A stretch of 64,000 nucleotides of DNA. It comes from Utricularia gibba. Taxonomy: Eukaryota > Plantae > Magnoliophyta. Within the stretch, counting starts at the first letter, position 1. The number at the start of each line of letters is the position of its first letter. The translations under genes and the position numbers were made by a program. The stretch spans positions 1,860,001-1,924,000 of the forward strand of contig NEEC01000002.1 of the NCBI GenBank assembly GCA_002189035.1, given 5' to 3'. The notes under the pieces are model-generated. The model had not been told where the DNA came from. It did not search any database and saw only the letters and a list, made by a program, of their open reading frames with translations. Below, in pieces: positions 23,239 to 37,463 of the stretch.

Positions 23239-26200
23239 ATGGTTGTAGAGGCTGACCATGCGAATGAAAAAGTTCAGACTGCTACGCCAACCCCTTCAAA
23301 ATCTACCGCATCACCAGCTGGCGCAAAGACATCTTTCTTCGTTAAAAAAACAGGATTTGTTATCCCAAAAAACAAGCTTTCAGGTTCATTAGTGCCGGTG
23401 ATTCGAGGATCTAAAGGACCTGATGGGAAACTTTTAAATGATGAAGCTGTGAATGCGCTACAAGGGAAAACCAAATGGGGACCTGATTTAACGCTGGATT
23501 CCAGTGTTCGAAAAGGGAGAGCAGCGGCATATCAGGTATGCAGTATTTGCATTTTTTTCGCCCACAATGGTCTCAAATTTTGTTAACTTTTGTTATATCC
23601 TTGTCTGTTAGTACTACTTTGGAATAGAATTAGTGCATTTATTTTCAGAATATGGTTCACCCCAAGGGTACTGAAAACACATGTATCCTTAGTATAGCAG
23701 ATTTACTCTAATTATTGCAATATCAGAATCTGGAGTGAATGAAATGCAGTTGTGTTGCGGATGTATAGCTTGCACTTCGTATTATGAGGCCATAGTGATG
23801 TCAGTTATATTTACTTTGTGCAGACACGGATCACTCAAATATCAGAGCAGCTGGCTTCAGGCACTCTGGAGGCTGAGGATAAGAAATCATTTTCGGCAAC
23901 TGAATCTGAGTATGGGAAGAAGTCGGAGCTTCATCATAGCAATGAGGTTTAGCATATTTTCATCAAAGACATTGCCTTTTGTAGTCTTTGCATACACATG
24001 TTACTCACACTGAACTGTCTATATATCAGGAAGCAGAATTACTGATGCTTGAAAGGCGTGAACTCATTGGTAGGGACAACAGTAGCTATGGAATGCTTAT
24101 CTCGCGTATTATTTAAATGTATAAATGAATTTCCAGGCGAATTAATTAAGCTCAATCCTGCATACAAGGCTCCAGCTGATTACAAACCTGTGATGAAGGA
24201 AGCAAAAGTTCCCATTCCTGTGAGTAGGGAGGGGTATTTTATGGTTCTGATCAGGCTTTAAAATGGAAAAACTTTTTTTAGAGTTGAAATTTTGGAAGAA
24301 ATTATTTACAATCTGCTATTTACAATTCAATATTTGTTTGGATTGGGACATCAACTAATTTTTTGTTCTCGCTAATTCAGTGTCGCTATTGTCTCTGCAG
24401 TTGAAAGAGCATCATGGCTATAATTTCGTGGACTCAGTATTTGGTCCTGCAAGTGATACCTTAAAAAAAATAGAAAAGGTTGTTTCATGCTTTTCCTTCA
24501 GAATATTGTGTAATCTGTTGCTTTTATACATAATTTACTGGGCAAGCCTCGTTGTAACATTTCTTTATTTGATGGCTCTCTAACCAGGATACTGGAGCCA
24601 AAATAAAAGTTTATGGCATAAAACCAGATACAGGGGTGAAGGTATTACCCTCCAGCAGCAACCCGGGATTTTCCATGCTTTCCCCTCACATCCTTCCATA
24701 TGCTTTCAGGTTGAAATTAGTTCCTTGGATGGAAAAGAAATACGTGATGTTTTTGAAGAGTATTACGCACATGTATCAGCAGATTCGTTCGATAAAGTGG
24801 ATGCTGCTGCAGCTTTGGTTGAATTGCTTGCTACTACTCTTTCAGTATGTTCTACACTCTAAATCACTCGCTTCTCGATGGCTGCTTTTCTACTTTTTTG
24901 TTTATTATTCTTACTATCCCTTCTTAGGTGAATCCCATATTGCCAGCCAAGTCGATAGTCCTGGCATCTGATGATGATGTGAAAAATATATCAAGTTCCA
25001 CAGCAACCGCTCCACTGGTTGGTCAGGAGCCGGCTAAACTTTCCAAAGGGTCCTTAGAGCCACCTCAAGATCAGTCTCCATTTTATCATCAGGCATGGCC
25101 TCCTGTGGGTCTTAATCAAGGTGCTCCTCATTTACAGTCAGGATTATTAGTTCCCAATGCAAATTCTACTGTACCACAAGGGGGGGCTAATATTGAAACA
25201 TCTCTTGTGCATTTGAACTCTTCAAACATGCCCCCCGTGCCTCCAAGCTTTGTTTCCGGTTCCTCTTCAGTTGCCATCCATAGACCTCAGTTGCCTCATG
25301 GTTTGCAGTCACCGTACATGCAACAGGAACCCGGATTGAGAAATTCCCAGGCGTCACACAGGCTGCCTGCGCCCATATTCTCCACACCCACTCAGGCTTC
25401 ACCTCAGGTTGCATCCAATACAGTACTGCCCATGCCAATGATTCGTCCCCGGCCACCACATGTTCCCGTAGAAAGCTCAGTTGCGTCTGGCTTGTCAGCC
25501 ATGAGTTGCAACCCGAACAATTTATTTCCAATGCCTCAGGGTGGCTCCTTGCCGTTGCCTCCATTAGTGGCATCAGAGGCTGCACCTTCAACAAGTTTAC
25601 CTCCACCAGCTGGGCCACCTGTACATATGTTAATGCCAGCATCATCCCGGGATGTGATCACTCCGGCACCTGCTCCCGCCCCTATTCCCTTCAAGGTACT
25701 ATCTGTCTGACATAAATTTTCCTTTTTACTGCATCTGTAATGATTTGCCTTTTGTGTGCAATGCCTCTCAGGCGTTTACTTCAAGACCTCTGCAACCTGG
25801 CACTGATTTCCTCTTACCCCATCACCGACCACCAGCAATGCCGCCCCTGCCCCAGGTTTGGCAAGGGAGGCAGCCTCAGAATTTGATTCAACCAGGTCAA
25901 GCAACGTTCCAGCCGCCACCGCAGTCTCTGTTCGTGCGGAGGCCGATGCCATATGATTTAGGCCATCCAATGCAGAAGATGAGTAACCAAGCTGACCATC
26001 TGAGGCCGCATACACCTGCATTCTTTGCAGGAACTGGAAGACCACCCCCTCACAACTGCCACCGCGCCATGCAGGATCACCCACTCTGCAGCACCATCGG
26101 CCGTTCCTTCCTCACAACCCGGTTAATAATGCTCCCTTCCCTCCAAGCCCACGGAGCCAGATGCATCACCTTGCTGGTGTAAACCCCATGCAGAGATTTC

Positions 26201-26406
26201 CTATGCCGATGGCTCATAAGCCACCAATGCACCCAGGCAGACCACTTCCTGGCACCATGGGTACCCCTCAAGTATACGACCCATTTTCTCCTTCAACAGG
26301 AAGTCTCAATCCCCAGATGGGCAGCAGAGCAGCAGCAGCAGCAGCAGTGCAAGGTGATGGTGACCCGGAGTATGAGGACCTAATGGCTTCCGTGGGAGTG
26401 AAGTGA
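23239..26406 (+). CDS. KH-domain RNA-binding protein, SF1/branchpoint-bridging-protein-like, with a Pro-rich C-terminus
   Basis: Inferred exons 23239-23535, 23824-23946, 24030-24069, 24137-24219, 24401-24478, 24588-24641, 24710-24844, 24928-25695, 25772-26406. Motifs FVIPKNKLSGSLVP, TKWGPDLTLD, LNPAYKAPADYKP, YNFVDSVFGPASDTLKKIEKDTGAKI and C-terminal DPEYEDLMASVGVK. One apparent -1 frameshift at C-run 26045-26049. Confidence 0.82.
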
Positions 26407-26992
26407 TACCATCTCAGTGTCAGATTTTGTAGCACTGCTTATCATCAGTTGCTGTTGTCAACTATCTGTCTATTTCTGAAGGTCATCTGGTGGGAAATGA
26501 AGGCTTGTATGGCAGATTGACTATTAATCGACTATGCTGCAACCTATTGGGCGATGTTTGGGATCAAGGCACTTGGATCACCTGGACAAGTGGGGTTAAG
26601 GAGACTTGTGTGAAAGAAGTTGTATGTATTAGATTTAACTAACGACAAAATAAATTTCTAAGTTTAAGTACATTTTTATTTTGTTCAGAATACCATTACA
26701 TAATTGAAGTTATTATCAAATGTAACTAATTTCTGTTTCATTATTTAAATTTAGTATTGTTTATGTTTTGAAAGCTATATACTTAGATTTTATTTTATTA
26801 TAATTATTTATCAAAAAATACTTTTGAAAAATAGTTTTAGGATATATTTTGATAGTGTGTTTTCATATGATAAATGTATTTTAATATGTTAAACAAACAC
26901 ATCTAGTGAATTCATTTTTTTTTTTTCAATAAGTATATATATCAATTTAATTTTTTATCAAACACTTATATTAAATTAGATAAATTATCATC

Positions 26993-27631
26993 TGTTAATG
27001 ATGAAAATCGGTGTCCGAGATGAGACCGATTTTTAGGTTATGGGTGCAATCGAAAATATCACACCTTGTTATGCTTTTTTACGATTTGCTTGATTTGATC
27101 AACATAAATAAAGATAGATAGATATTTTTATGTGGAAACCGCCATTGATGGAAAAAACCATGGAGCTATCGAAACTCGCTAGAGAAAGTCTTTATTAGAT
27201 GGAGGTTGTGAAGAAAGGTACAAGTTAGGAGGCTTAAGGTCGAATCCTTTCTTCGCTATAATTTTTTCTATTTATAGAAGAGTTCGGTCTGATAGAGTCC
27301 TAAATTCTACAAACATCGGTTGCTTTCTGCGCCTATCATGTGATTTCATTTTTCAGATATCGGACATCTACTTTGCCGTAATTCAACTGCTTTTCAGATT
27401 GTGTCGTACGATCAGCGCTGCCAGATTTCTGACACATATCAATCTATCAACTGGCGTTATCCCGTCAGAACTCCTTTTGATAATCTTTTAGGAGCTGATT
27501 ATCTTCAGCCAATTTATACCCCATTATCATTCAAACCCATTTCAAAATTATCCACCAAACATATTTTAGTATTATTTCCAAATCTATTATGCCACTCCCA
27601 ACTCCACCCAAGCAAGCTAGGCATTTTAACA
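26993..27631 (-). mobile_element. Probable decayed solo LTR (Copia-like), reverse orientation
   Basis: TGTTAATG...CATTTTAACA ends. On the minus strand, CTATAAATAG (~27269-27278) is followed by AATAAA (~27191-27196) and a U5-like GGTTTTTTCC...GTTTCCACA (~27132-27160). No matching TSD was found, so the boundaries are uncertain. Confidence 0.42.
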
Positions 27632-29001
27632 AGGTCAAGACTTGGCGTTGAAGTCACATGACCCACGTTGACTCACTAAACATTTGGGGTTAGGGTTAAG
27701 TTGAGAGTGGGTTCCCACCTTTCTTGATATCAACAATGAAAAGTAGATGGATGCCTAGTAAGTGTAACAACTTCATTGAAAATAAAATATATCTGAAAAT
27801 AAAAATATTGCCTTTTTTTTTCTAGGTGGAAGGGTATGGGCTTGACATGATGGGGTGCCAAATTGGGGATGCTCATTTGTTCATTGAACCTTCTATTTTT
27901 AGACAAACTAAAAAAGGTCAAGAACTCTCCATCCCCTTGGACTTGTTCAGTGTGGATAGGGAGGGGTACTTCTGCGATTTGAAGTAAAAAGACAAAATAT
28001 AAACATATTATGAGCAACATAATAAGATTTACAAATGAATCAAATTCTAATTAACGTGTCGAAACATTGAAATGGATCGCTTGATTAGTTTGAATTGCTT
28101 TGTAAGATTGTTAGGGGAATGGAAGCAATGTCACAGTTTAGGAAAAATTTTAAATTTAATCTAAAAAAACTAAATTTGGGAAAAAAATCCAAAATTTTGA
28201 TAAAACTTCTCCAAATTAAAGAGAGAAATTAGTTTGGGTATTTCAGGATGAAATAAATTTAAAAATAGTAAAACTGTGTTTATGATATATAATAATATAA
28301 TATTATAAAATTTAATATGTTGAAATATCAGAAGAATTTCTAATTTAATATGAAAGAGATAAAACTTAAAATATTTAAAAATTAGACAGGATAAATTCAA
28401 AAAAAATTAAGAAAACAAAATGTTAATTTAATGGTAGTGGCGACCGCCATTGTTATCCAATGAAGCAATCCAGGCAGCCACTCCCACACCCACCCCCATC
28501 GCCTGCCACCTGCCCACGCCTCGCCTGTCATCTTCTGCACCTTATTCCATGGACTGGACTGGTGTGGGAGATGCAACACAAATGCGAATGCAATTCTGAC
28601 CTCACCAGGCCCCGCCTTCCCTGTATCTATCTCCCCTTAAAATACATCAACCCTACTTTCATCTCTCTTTCATTTCTACCGCGGCTATGGGTAACCGTTG
28701 AACACTTGAGGATATTGGTCGCCTCCATCTTCCTTGTCTGGGATCTGCCTTCGGTTTCAGTGGGTAGATTTTTGTTTTTAAGTACTGGTGTGAAGGCTGT
28801 TCAGATCTGAAAGCCCTTTGTTTCTCTCTTTTCTTTTATGAGGGACACTTGCGTCGCATTCCTGTGGGTTCTGGTGTTCTTTTAGAGCTCGACTTAGAAT
28901 TTCAGCTTTTTGTGGCAGGGAGGTGGTGATTAGAAACAATTTCCGATATCGCTGCCGGCGGGGATTCCGGGGATACGAATGAAGGTTTAGATGACCAGAA
29001 A

Positions 29002-29759
29002 ATGGCGGGCTTGCAGCACGGCGGTTCTTCACTAAACCCTGGTAATCTCTTTTTTTTTTTGTTTGCGTAAGACGTGTGTTTATGAGCGTGTGTGTGTATT
29101 TATCAGGTTCACCGACGGTTTCTAAACCGGAGGAGTCGGAATCGGCGGGGAGTGGGCGGAGGCCGAGAGGGCGTCCCCCGGGGTCGAAGAACAAACCGAA
29201 GCCTCCGGTAATTGTTGCACATGACAGCCCTAACGCGCTCCGGTCTCACGTTCTCGAAGTGTCTTCCGGAAACGACGTCGTAGAGAGCCTATCGATTTAC
29301 GCGCGGCGAAGGGGAAGAGGGATTTGCGTCCTCAGCGGCAGAGGCACCGTGACGAATGTGACTCTGCGGCAGACGGCGTCGCCATCGGAAAGCGTGTTCA
29401 CGTTGCAGGGACGTTTGGAGATTTTATCCTTATCAGGAACCGTTCTTCCACCCCCGCGCCGCCTACATACGGCGGATTATCCATATTTCTCGCCGGGAGC
29501 CAAGGACAGGTCGTCGGAGGATGTGTGGTGGGGCCACTGATAACATCGGGTCCTGTAGTTCTCATCGCCGCGTCGTTTGCGAATGCGGTGTTTCAACGAT
29601 TGCCGTTAACAGAGGAAGAAGAAGCGAATGCGGTGAGGGGCCACAGCCGGCAGCCTCCCAGTCATCTGGCGTCACCGTCGGCGGGAGCAGAAGTGGGCGT
29701 GCGATTGACGGCGACCTGTTCGGCTGGGCAGTGGCCCTTCTACCCGGCCAGCCTTGTAA
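29002..29759 (+). CDS. AHL: AT-hook/PPC (DUF296) protein, clade A, AHL25/27/29-like, with three apparent homopolymer frameshifts
   Basis: MAGL start at 29002, intron 29042-29106, then [35 protein letters not shown] and [17 protein letters not shown]. Adding one base at 29451-29455, 29637-29640 and 29726-29728 restores [18 protein letters not shown] and [12 protein letters not shown]. Confidence 0.87.
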
Positions 29760-31175
29760 CAACTTCCGATCAAGGATTCTTCTTCTTCCCTTTTCCATTG
29801 AAAATCAATTGCTTTTCAGATGGGAACCGCAATCGGAAAATCTCTTTTGGCTCCTTGTGTTATGACAACCCGACAGGCATCCGATGCATGCACCGGATTC
29901 AATTTGGTATAATTTCCGTTTCTATAAAAGAGAACGATACAAGGAGCCTCCACGTGGGCCCCCCTGGCATATCCTTACATTTGTCTCTAGCGGGAACTAA
30001 TCATCTTGTGTGGTAGTTTTAAGACCATTTAACATTGCTCAAAAATAAGATTATTAAATTTATGATCGAATAGTTTATTTTTTAAAAAAATATAATTTTG
30101 TTATAAAAAAATTAAATTATAAAAAAATGCGGCTAGGCGACGAGCTACATGTGAGTAATGAGTGGGCGGTGCCGAATTGATTGAAAAAAAATGATTTTTA
30201 AATATTGAGAATAAATTATAATTGATAAAAAAGATTTAATTAATAAAAATTGAGAACTAATTATGTATGATACTTGAGAATATGAAAACTAAATATGAAC
30301 AGTACTTAAAATATGGAAATTAAATATATCTGATACATCAAAATGTGTAAATAGAAATTAATTATATTATTTTTATTAAACATTGAAATTTAAGCATGCT
30401 AATTTTAAAAACATTGGAGATGTAGGCGGTAGAGGGTCCATTGGAATCCATAATTCATTAGATTAGATTTAATAATTTTTTTTAAAAAATATTATTATTT
30501 ATATTTTATAATAATTATAATTAAAAATTAATGAATCCTAGTCAAAGTATCGGTTAAATGGAATAATGGGCTAAAATCATTTTTAAGAGAGTAGATAATT
30601 GAAGTGAAACGTGGGCCAAAAAGAGGATGATAAATGAAGAGTAACATTCACGAAAAGGCTTTCTTCTCAAAGCCCCATTTTGGTGTTCTACTCAGAATCC
30701 CTAAAAATTTACTTCGCCTCTCCCCTCGCGCGCAGAATCTTCTCGCGCTGTTGGTTACCTATTTATTATTTTTCTTCTTTTTTTTTTTCAATGTTTTTGT
30801 TGAAATGGTCGAAATTTATCATTTACAGTAAATGCGCGGATTATGTCGGAGTTATTTTTCTTTGTCGTTTTTCCGTCTTGATGTTTTTTGATTCTGCTGG
30901 AGTTTCTGGGTTTTATTGTAACAGGTTTTGATTTACTTACTGCTGTTCTCCAGCTAACTCGTTTTTGGGCGTTTTTGTTTACTGGTTTATGACTGTTGTT
31001 ACACCCCCAAATCTTTGTTGATCCTTTGTAATATTTCCATTTCTAGAATTTTTTACTGATGAAGCACGCCCGGCAGAATGAGGGGCTTGTTGTTTTGCAT
31101 TTTTAGCTGGTGAAAATTCTTCCATTTCGTTGATAAGTCCTCTGGTTATTGCAGTTTAGCATTGAAATCCAGCGG

Positions 31176-33243
31176 ATGTCGGGTATCTCGGAATCCACCG
31201 CCATAGTTACCGGTCACGAGGGGTTTACACTAACTTCAGCGGGGCAGAACCAAACCGTGATTCAGACTCATCCGGACCAACATATCCCTGTGTACGATAC
31301 CTCTTACAGGCGTGAAGGGTCATCGCTATACCACTCCATTCAAGGCGGTGCCTCCAGTGTGAAGTCCACAATGAATTTGAACTCGTCTGAGCAGAAGCGT
31401 AAGAGAGGACGACCTAGAAAATACGGCCCAGATGGTAGTATGGCCATGGCTACCGCTTCCGATCCGCAGTCAGCAACCGTCCCTGTGCCGCAAGAACAGC
31501 CTTTTTCACCGCCATTGGGTGGTCCACCTGCAGATACGCCAACGGGAGTTGGTGGATCGTCGTCGCCGGTGGCGCAGAAGCGACGGGGAAGACCCCCTGG
31601 CTCCAGCAATAAGAAAAAGCGAATTGAGACTATGGGTGAGTGGAAAAGGCTGGCCTTTATTTATGGCCGGAAAATTTCTTGGTATTGGAATACAATTCCT
31701 TTAATGGTATTACATGCCGACTAATACATCAGAGTTTTTCCCATTAACCCTGTTCTCAGTTGGGTTGATTTATATGTTCATTTTTCTATTCAACCAATTT
31801 GCCTTGGCGAGGCATTTATTTTTGCCTTTTTATTAGTTACTGTGTTTTCCCCTTACTTTTTTTTCCTTAATTATTTTATGAATTTACTTTACTGAATGCG
31901 GTTCTGGTTGATTCAACTTGTGATTCTGCATCTGTTTTGCTTTCTGCTAAGTTTTAAGACTCCCTCGGTTTACCACTCCAGCGCTGCTTTTTAGAGTATA
32001 TTGCATTGGTTTTCTAATTGATATCATTATTTATCATTTATGCAGTGACTTGGAAATATTCGATTGCAACTCCTCATTCATTGGTCCCATATGAAAGTTT
32101 CATTCTGCATTTTGCTTGCAGGTTCAACTGGAATTGGATTTATGCCTCATGTACTCGATGTACAATCAGGGCAGGTTAAAAAACATAGCGTTTCTCAGCC
32201 TTTTCTTTTGGTTTCCTAATGCGATTTTTAGCTTTGAAACAGTAGAACTGCTTTCGATTTTATGCTTTGGAATGAATCATTTAGTTTGATGTGTTAACGA
32301 ACGTTAGTTCTTAAATTTCAGGATGTAGCTTCAACTTTAATGACATTTTCTCAGCACAGTCCAAGGACAATTTGTATATTGTCTGCCACAGGTGTGGTAT
32401 CCAGTGTAACTCTCCGCCATGCTGCGTCTGCTTCTGGAACTGCAACCTATGAGGTGTCTTGAATGTCTTTTCTAACCATACCGTCCAAGTCATTTCCTGG
32501 ATTTAGTGTCTCCATCGTGAACCATGGATATGATTCCTTTACTGTAGGGAAATTTTTATATCTTATTGCTATCGGGATGCTACTTCCCATCAAATGTCAA
32601 TGGTCAGATAAGCCGAACTGGTGGATTGAGCATTACATTAGCTGGTGCTGATGGCAGAGTTTTCGGTGGCTGTGTTGCTGGTGTACTAACAGCTGCATCC
32701 CCTGTTCAGGTAGTTTTTGTTCCTTTTTCATATAACACGGCTCTGTATCGTATTCTTCATCACTGTGCTTCCACCAATTGGACCCTGTTTGACTATGATA
32801 CTATTCACATTGATGTTGGTCTGAGTTTGAGATTGGATAGCAAAACGAATCCACAAACTCCAATCTGGTTTTACAAACAGAACACTAGTCCTCTATTTTA
32901 TTGGCCCATTGGAATTGGCTTGATATTGTCCTTCTGCTCTTGTCTTCTGTGAAATTCTCCATGGTTGCATCATGCCAGCTTCCCATCAATAATGCAGGTA
33001 ATAGTTGGAAGCTTCATTGCTGAAGGAAAGGAGGATTCAAAAAAGGAGGCTCTGGTCGATCAGTCATCAGACCCACCGAAAGGGAACCAAGGTGATGGTG
33101 GGGTTCGTTCGCCTTCGCAAGGCGCATTCGTGGAACATTCGGGTGTGTCGGCCAGTCCGCCGAACCTTAGCCTGGAGGCGGCGGCGGCAGCTTCCAACAA
33201 CCACCACCAGCCCCAAGGGTTCTCAGGAATGCCATGGAAATGA
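31176..33243 (+). CDS. AHL: AT-hook/PPC protein, clade B (two AT-hooks, intron-containing)
   Basis: Exons 31176-31635, 32122-32174, 32322-32453, 32548-32709, 32998-33243. KRKRGRPRKYGPDG, KRRGRPPGS, FMPHVLDV and GGLSITLAGADGRVFGGCVAGVLTAASPVQVIVGSF. Confidence 0.92.
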
Positions 33244-36200
33244 TGAGGTATGCTTTTCCAAACAAGGAAGACATCATGTAACACAGAGTTGTAACCTTAG
33301 CATCCATGTAGATGAAAAGACATGCCCTGTTTCTTCTGCTTTAGAATTTGGAGATACCAAGGTTGTTAGACACCAGACCTTTTGCATCCAAGTTAAAAGA
33401 TTAATATCAAATTTTAAAAATGTTTTCTTTATTAAACTTATTTCTCAAAATTTCTTGGTTTTGAATTTCTTGGATGTAAAAAAAAAAAAAAAATTTTGTT
33501 CAAAATTTGATGCTTTTTTTTAAAAATTTTTTTTGATCAATCCAATTAATTTTTGTTAATTTGTTTTTCAAATTTAATTTCGAATATTAGCTGTTAGCCT
33601 CACCCCACGTGTTTTTATGTCAAGTGGTGGCCCAAATTGGCTTAGGATATTATATTTTTTTTAATAAATTATAAAAAATGAATATAGCCCATGAGCTATG
33701 GTATCGGGTGCAATTAAAATACTAAAATAATTTTCATAAATAAATAACATTGAGTGTGGAGGAGGGTTGGGAGGACAACTCACGAGCCCTCCATATTTAA
33801 TTTGAAAAAAGACTTGTACTAGTCTCTAGACGGGACGGGTCCGTCAGTGATGCCGTCGGGTACGGCAAACCAGCCACCGGCCCGTCCGTTGTCGCGTACC
33901 GGACACCGGTTTTGACTCCCATGCTGCCAAAACGTTTTTCGCTTTTTCTTGTAATATGGAATTATTTATTCAGTTTATGCAGCTCATAATTTTCAATCCA
34001 CCATTATAAAAAAAAAAAAATCATTCAAGGGCTTCGGTGCTCCTTTTTTTTTTCATATTAAAATAAGGCTCCTGTAAATTATTAAACGATAAATATCATG
34101 TTTGATAAATTTATTTACGATTTCAAACACGTTTGAAATATATTTGTTTAAAATAAATAATTCCATATGAGAAAATTAAATTAAAATAATCAAATATATA
34201 ATACATTATAAATAATTAATAATCAATTAGGACTATTTTTTTCTAAATATGATTTTATATTTCTTGTGTAATTAGATTTTATGTGTGTTAGTTGGATTTA
34301 TGGGATCTTTAATTTTAATAAAATATATATTTATAAAAATCAAAATTTAAATTATATCTGCATAATAACTTTAAATTTATTTACGTGTGTAAATAATAAT
34401 AAGCGAGTGGCGTCCTGGATGCGCATATGAAACATGATCACGTAATGCAAAGTCCCGAGTTCCGACATCGCGGGCGAGCAGAGATGCGTATTGCCTTCAA
34501 AATCAGACAAAACCACACAGGGAATCAGAAATGTCTGATCCTTAAGGAGGAGAGCAGATTGAGAGCAGAATGTGTCCAGATGGATGGGCGCCACGTTGCA
34601 GGTTTGGGCAACGCAAATTACCACTTTTGAGATATTTTTGTGGGGTGATTAAAAAGGGGGATTAGCATGAGAGATAATGGCACCCCACGATGATTAATGA
34701 ATTAATTGTCCCATTCATGCAGTCAATCGTATCCTGGTTGGATAAGATCCCATCCCCATGATGCCAAAAGTCGGCCCCTTAGCCCTCATCCACATCACAC
34801 AATGACTCGGGCACATACCCCTAGCTAAGCTTTGCTTTTGCCCCTTACTTTTGGAAATTACTTTTTAACCACAAGTTTAATCTTTTTTTAACAACAAAAC
34901 GGGGTTGGCGTAAAGCCACTTTAGATCCCATGTAGTGAGTTGAGTGAGTCGTGGGGTGCCTATTTTTTGTTTAATCCATCAGGCACTTGATTTAATCCCA
35001 ATTCTTTTATAGTATGAGTTGTGTGACGAGGTAACTTGTGATAGTTACGAAATCTCATATTGATTATGGACAAAGAATGAAACATACTTAAATAAAAGAA
35101 TTCTTCTAATTTTGCATATAGTCTTTTTTTAGTAAAGAAAAAACACAATATCGTAAAAATTAATTATCCGAAACGAATAATATCTTGTAAGATGAGGATA
35201 CATCGCAACATGTGTTGTGTGTGTTGTGAGCCCTTCCAAACCCCAATTCTTCCAATTTCGAGCCAAGTAAACAAAATGATTGGTATCCAACTTTTTAACT
35301 CGAATAAAGTAAATATTGTTAAGATAAATATACATTCGATGGTTTTGATCAAAAGACATTGAAAGACAAAAATGTAAAATTTGATGACTCGAAAACTCAA
35401 AGAACAAATTGAAGGTGCTCAACACACCATACAAATTGGTTTCACTAAAACTGAATTAATCAATATAACAAGAAGATCAACACAAGATCATAGAACCAAA
35501 TACGATATTAAAGATACAGATGCACGTATTAAGCCCTCAAGAATGTAATGTCAACTCTTTGGAACATTAATATTTCTTTAAATGTTGAAGATACATTGAT
35601 TACTAGATAAAATCTAGATATGATGCAGATGTATCTAGATATTATCATATGTATAAGATAGATATACTTTCAAATATTTGGATTTGTATCTTGATTACTC
35701 AAATCTATTGTTCAATACATTTATAGGATGTGCTTTGAATGAGGTATACTGGCCCACGACCATTTAACAAGTTATCTTAATGAAGGTGTAAAAGATAGAG
35801 ATTGAAGAAAAATAAAGCAAGTGCAATATAAAAAATGAAATTGACATTTTGTACCAGGTTCATGTTTCGAAATGAAGCCACAACGGGGGATTTACACCAC
35901 ATGATATGCTTTATTCTAAAGGAATGGTGTTTCCAAAAATGAAAAAGAAAAAACAAAATAGAAGGGTGATTTTGTTATTGAGGTTTTTGTGGTCTTTTGA
36001 CCCAACATTTGACAAATTTTTACTTTCAAAATATATTATTACATTATTTTTTCCGAAATTTCGAGTTCTGGATCCAAAATTTTAAAAAATTGCATTGTTG
36101 GGAAAAGGGATGTACATAGACTTACTTGTTGTTCATGTGCGTTTTGTGGTTTGTGGCTAATATTTTTTGTATTCAACACAAAAGTGCTTTTGATCAAGAT

Positions 36201-37463
36201 ATGAAAGGTTTGCATTGGTAAAGTGGGAGAGTGGTCCCATCTTTCTCTGCTTATTCTTGTTGATACTGCCTACAGTATTATTCCTACAAAGAAGGCAAAA
36301 AGGATGCTTTTATCTTGTCCACTCAAATGCCTCATTTTTACTTTTTGTTTTTTTGAGAAAATGATCTGATTGAAATGTTATAATCTAGATATTATCTATT
36401 TTTTAAGAAAAAAATGTCAAGTATAATATTGCATTTAACCTGTTCTTTTCCCCCTAGAAAATTGATACCAGATTCTTTTTCCTTGGGCAGGGGCTTACAC
36501 TCCCATGTGTATGGTCATTATTTCATGTGTTCTAGGATGTTTTGACACACCTTTAAACTTTTGTCCATTTTTTTTATCAAATAAAATGAACACTCTATTT
36601 TCTCATTTTTAGGGAAACATATCAAAACTCATAATTTTCACATACTTTTTTTTGATATTTGGCTAGTCTTTTCCAAGCTTAAATCAAGTGTCACATGTTT
36701 ATTCAAGTTGTGAGTTTGAGTGAAATGCACTACTAGACCATGTAGCCATTCTAACCACCAAGTCCGTGTTTGGTATATCAGATAATATTGGTTTTCATTA
36801 GGTAGAAAATTCGTATAATATGTTTGATAACAAGGACATTTTAATCTCGAATTTCATATACATATGTGATTTGCAACCTCCATAGGGCTTTTTAATATTT
36901 TGCAATTTCTCAATTCAATCCATCAAATATAACTAACTCTAATCTAATTATTTCATATTCAAGTTAAGGCCCAAGCTTGGAGGATGAACTTGGGTTTATC
37001 TCATACATGCACACCCACAAATTTGAAGCCTTTTGAGATCCGAATGGCATTTTGTTAGTGATTCCATCGAAAAAGGCCACGAAGATCCTATGGTTTCAAG
37101 AATTCGATCGTCAAATATCAATTCAAGATGAGATGGTTCTCAGGGCATATACTGAGAATTCCAGAATCCATCTAGGGTTAGGGGTTTGATATCCACCAAA
37201 TTCTACTGCACGATTAATAACTTCACACAGAATAAAGAGTAATATGATCTGAAATCGATGCATTGCTATCATAAAGTAGGAAGAAGATGAAGAAGAGCAA
37301 GCCGTGGTATGCGCATCTGATAAAACTGCTGCAGTATGAATGATTGAAGAAGATTAAAACCGACGATGAACCATTTTTCAACGCCGCCAACGGATCGCCT
37401 CCCCGCCGCCGCAACCATCGCTTTTCATCCTCATTTTTATCACATATTGATCACATTTGGCAA

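Noticed and set aside
36990-37440. Minus-strand text resembling an LRR/F-box fragment (IFDDRILETIGSSWP...LKRLQICGC) and a short ORF
   Set aside because: Too short and interrupted to assign to a family without a search.
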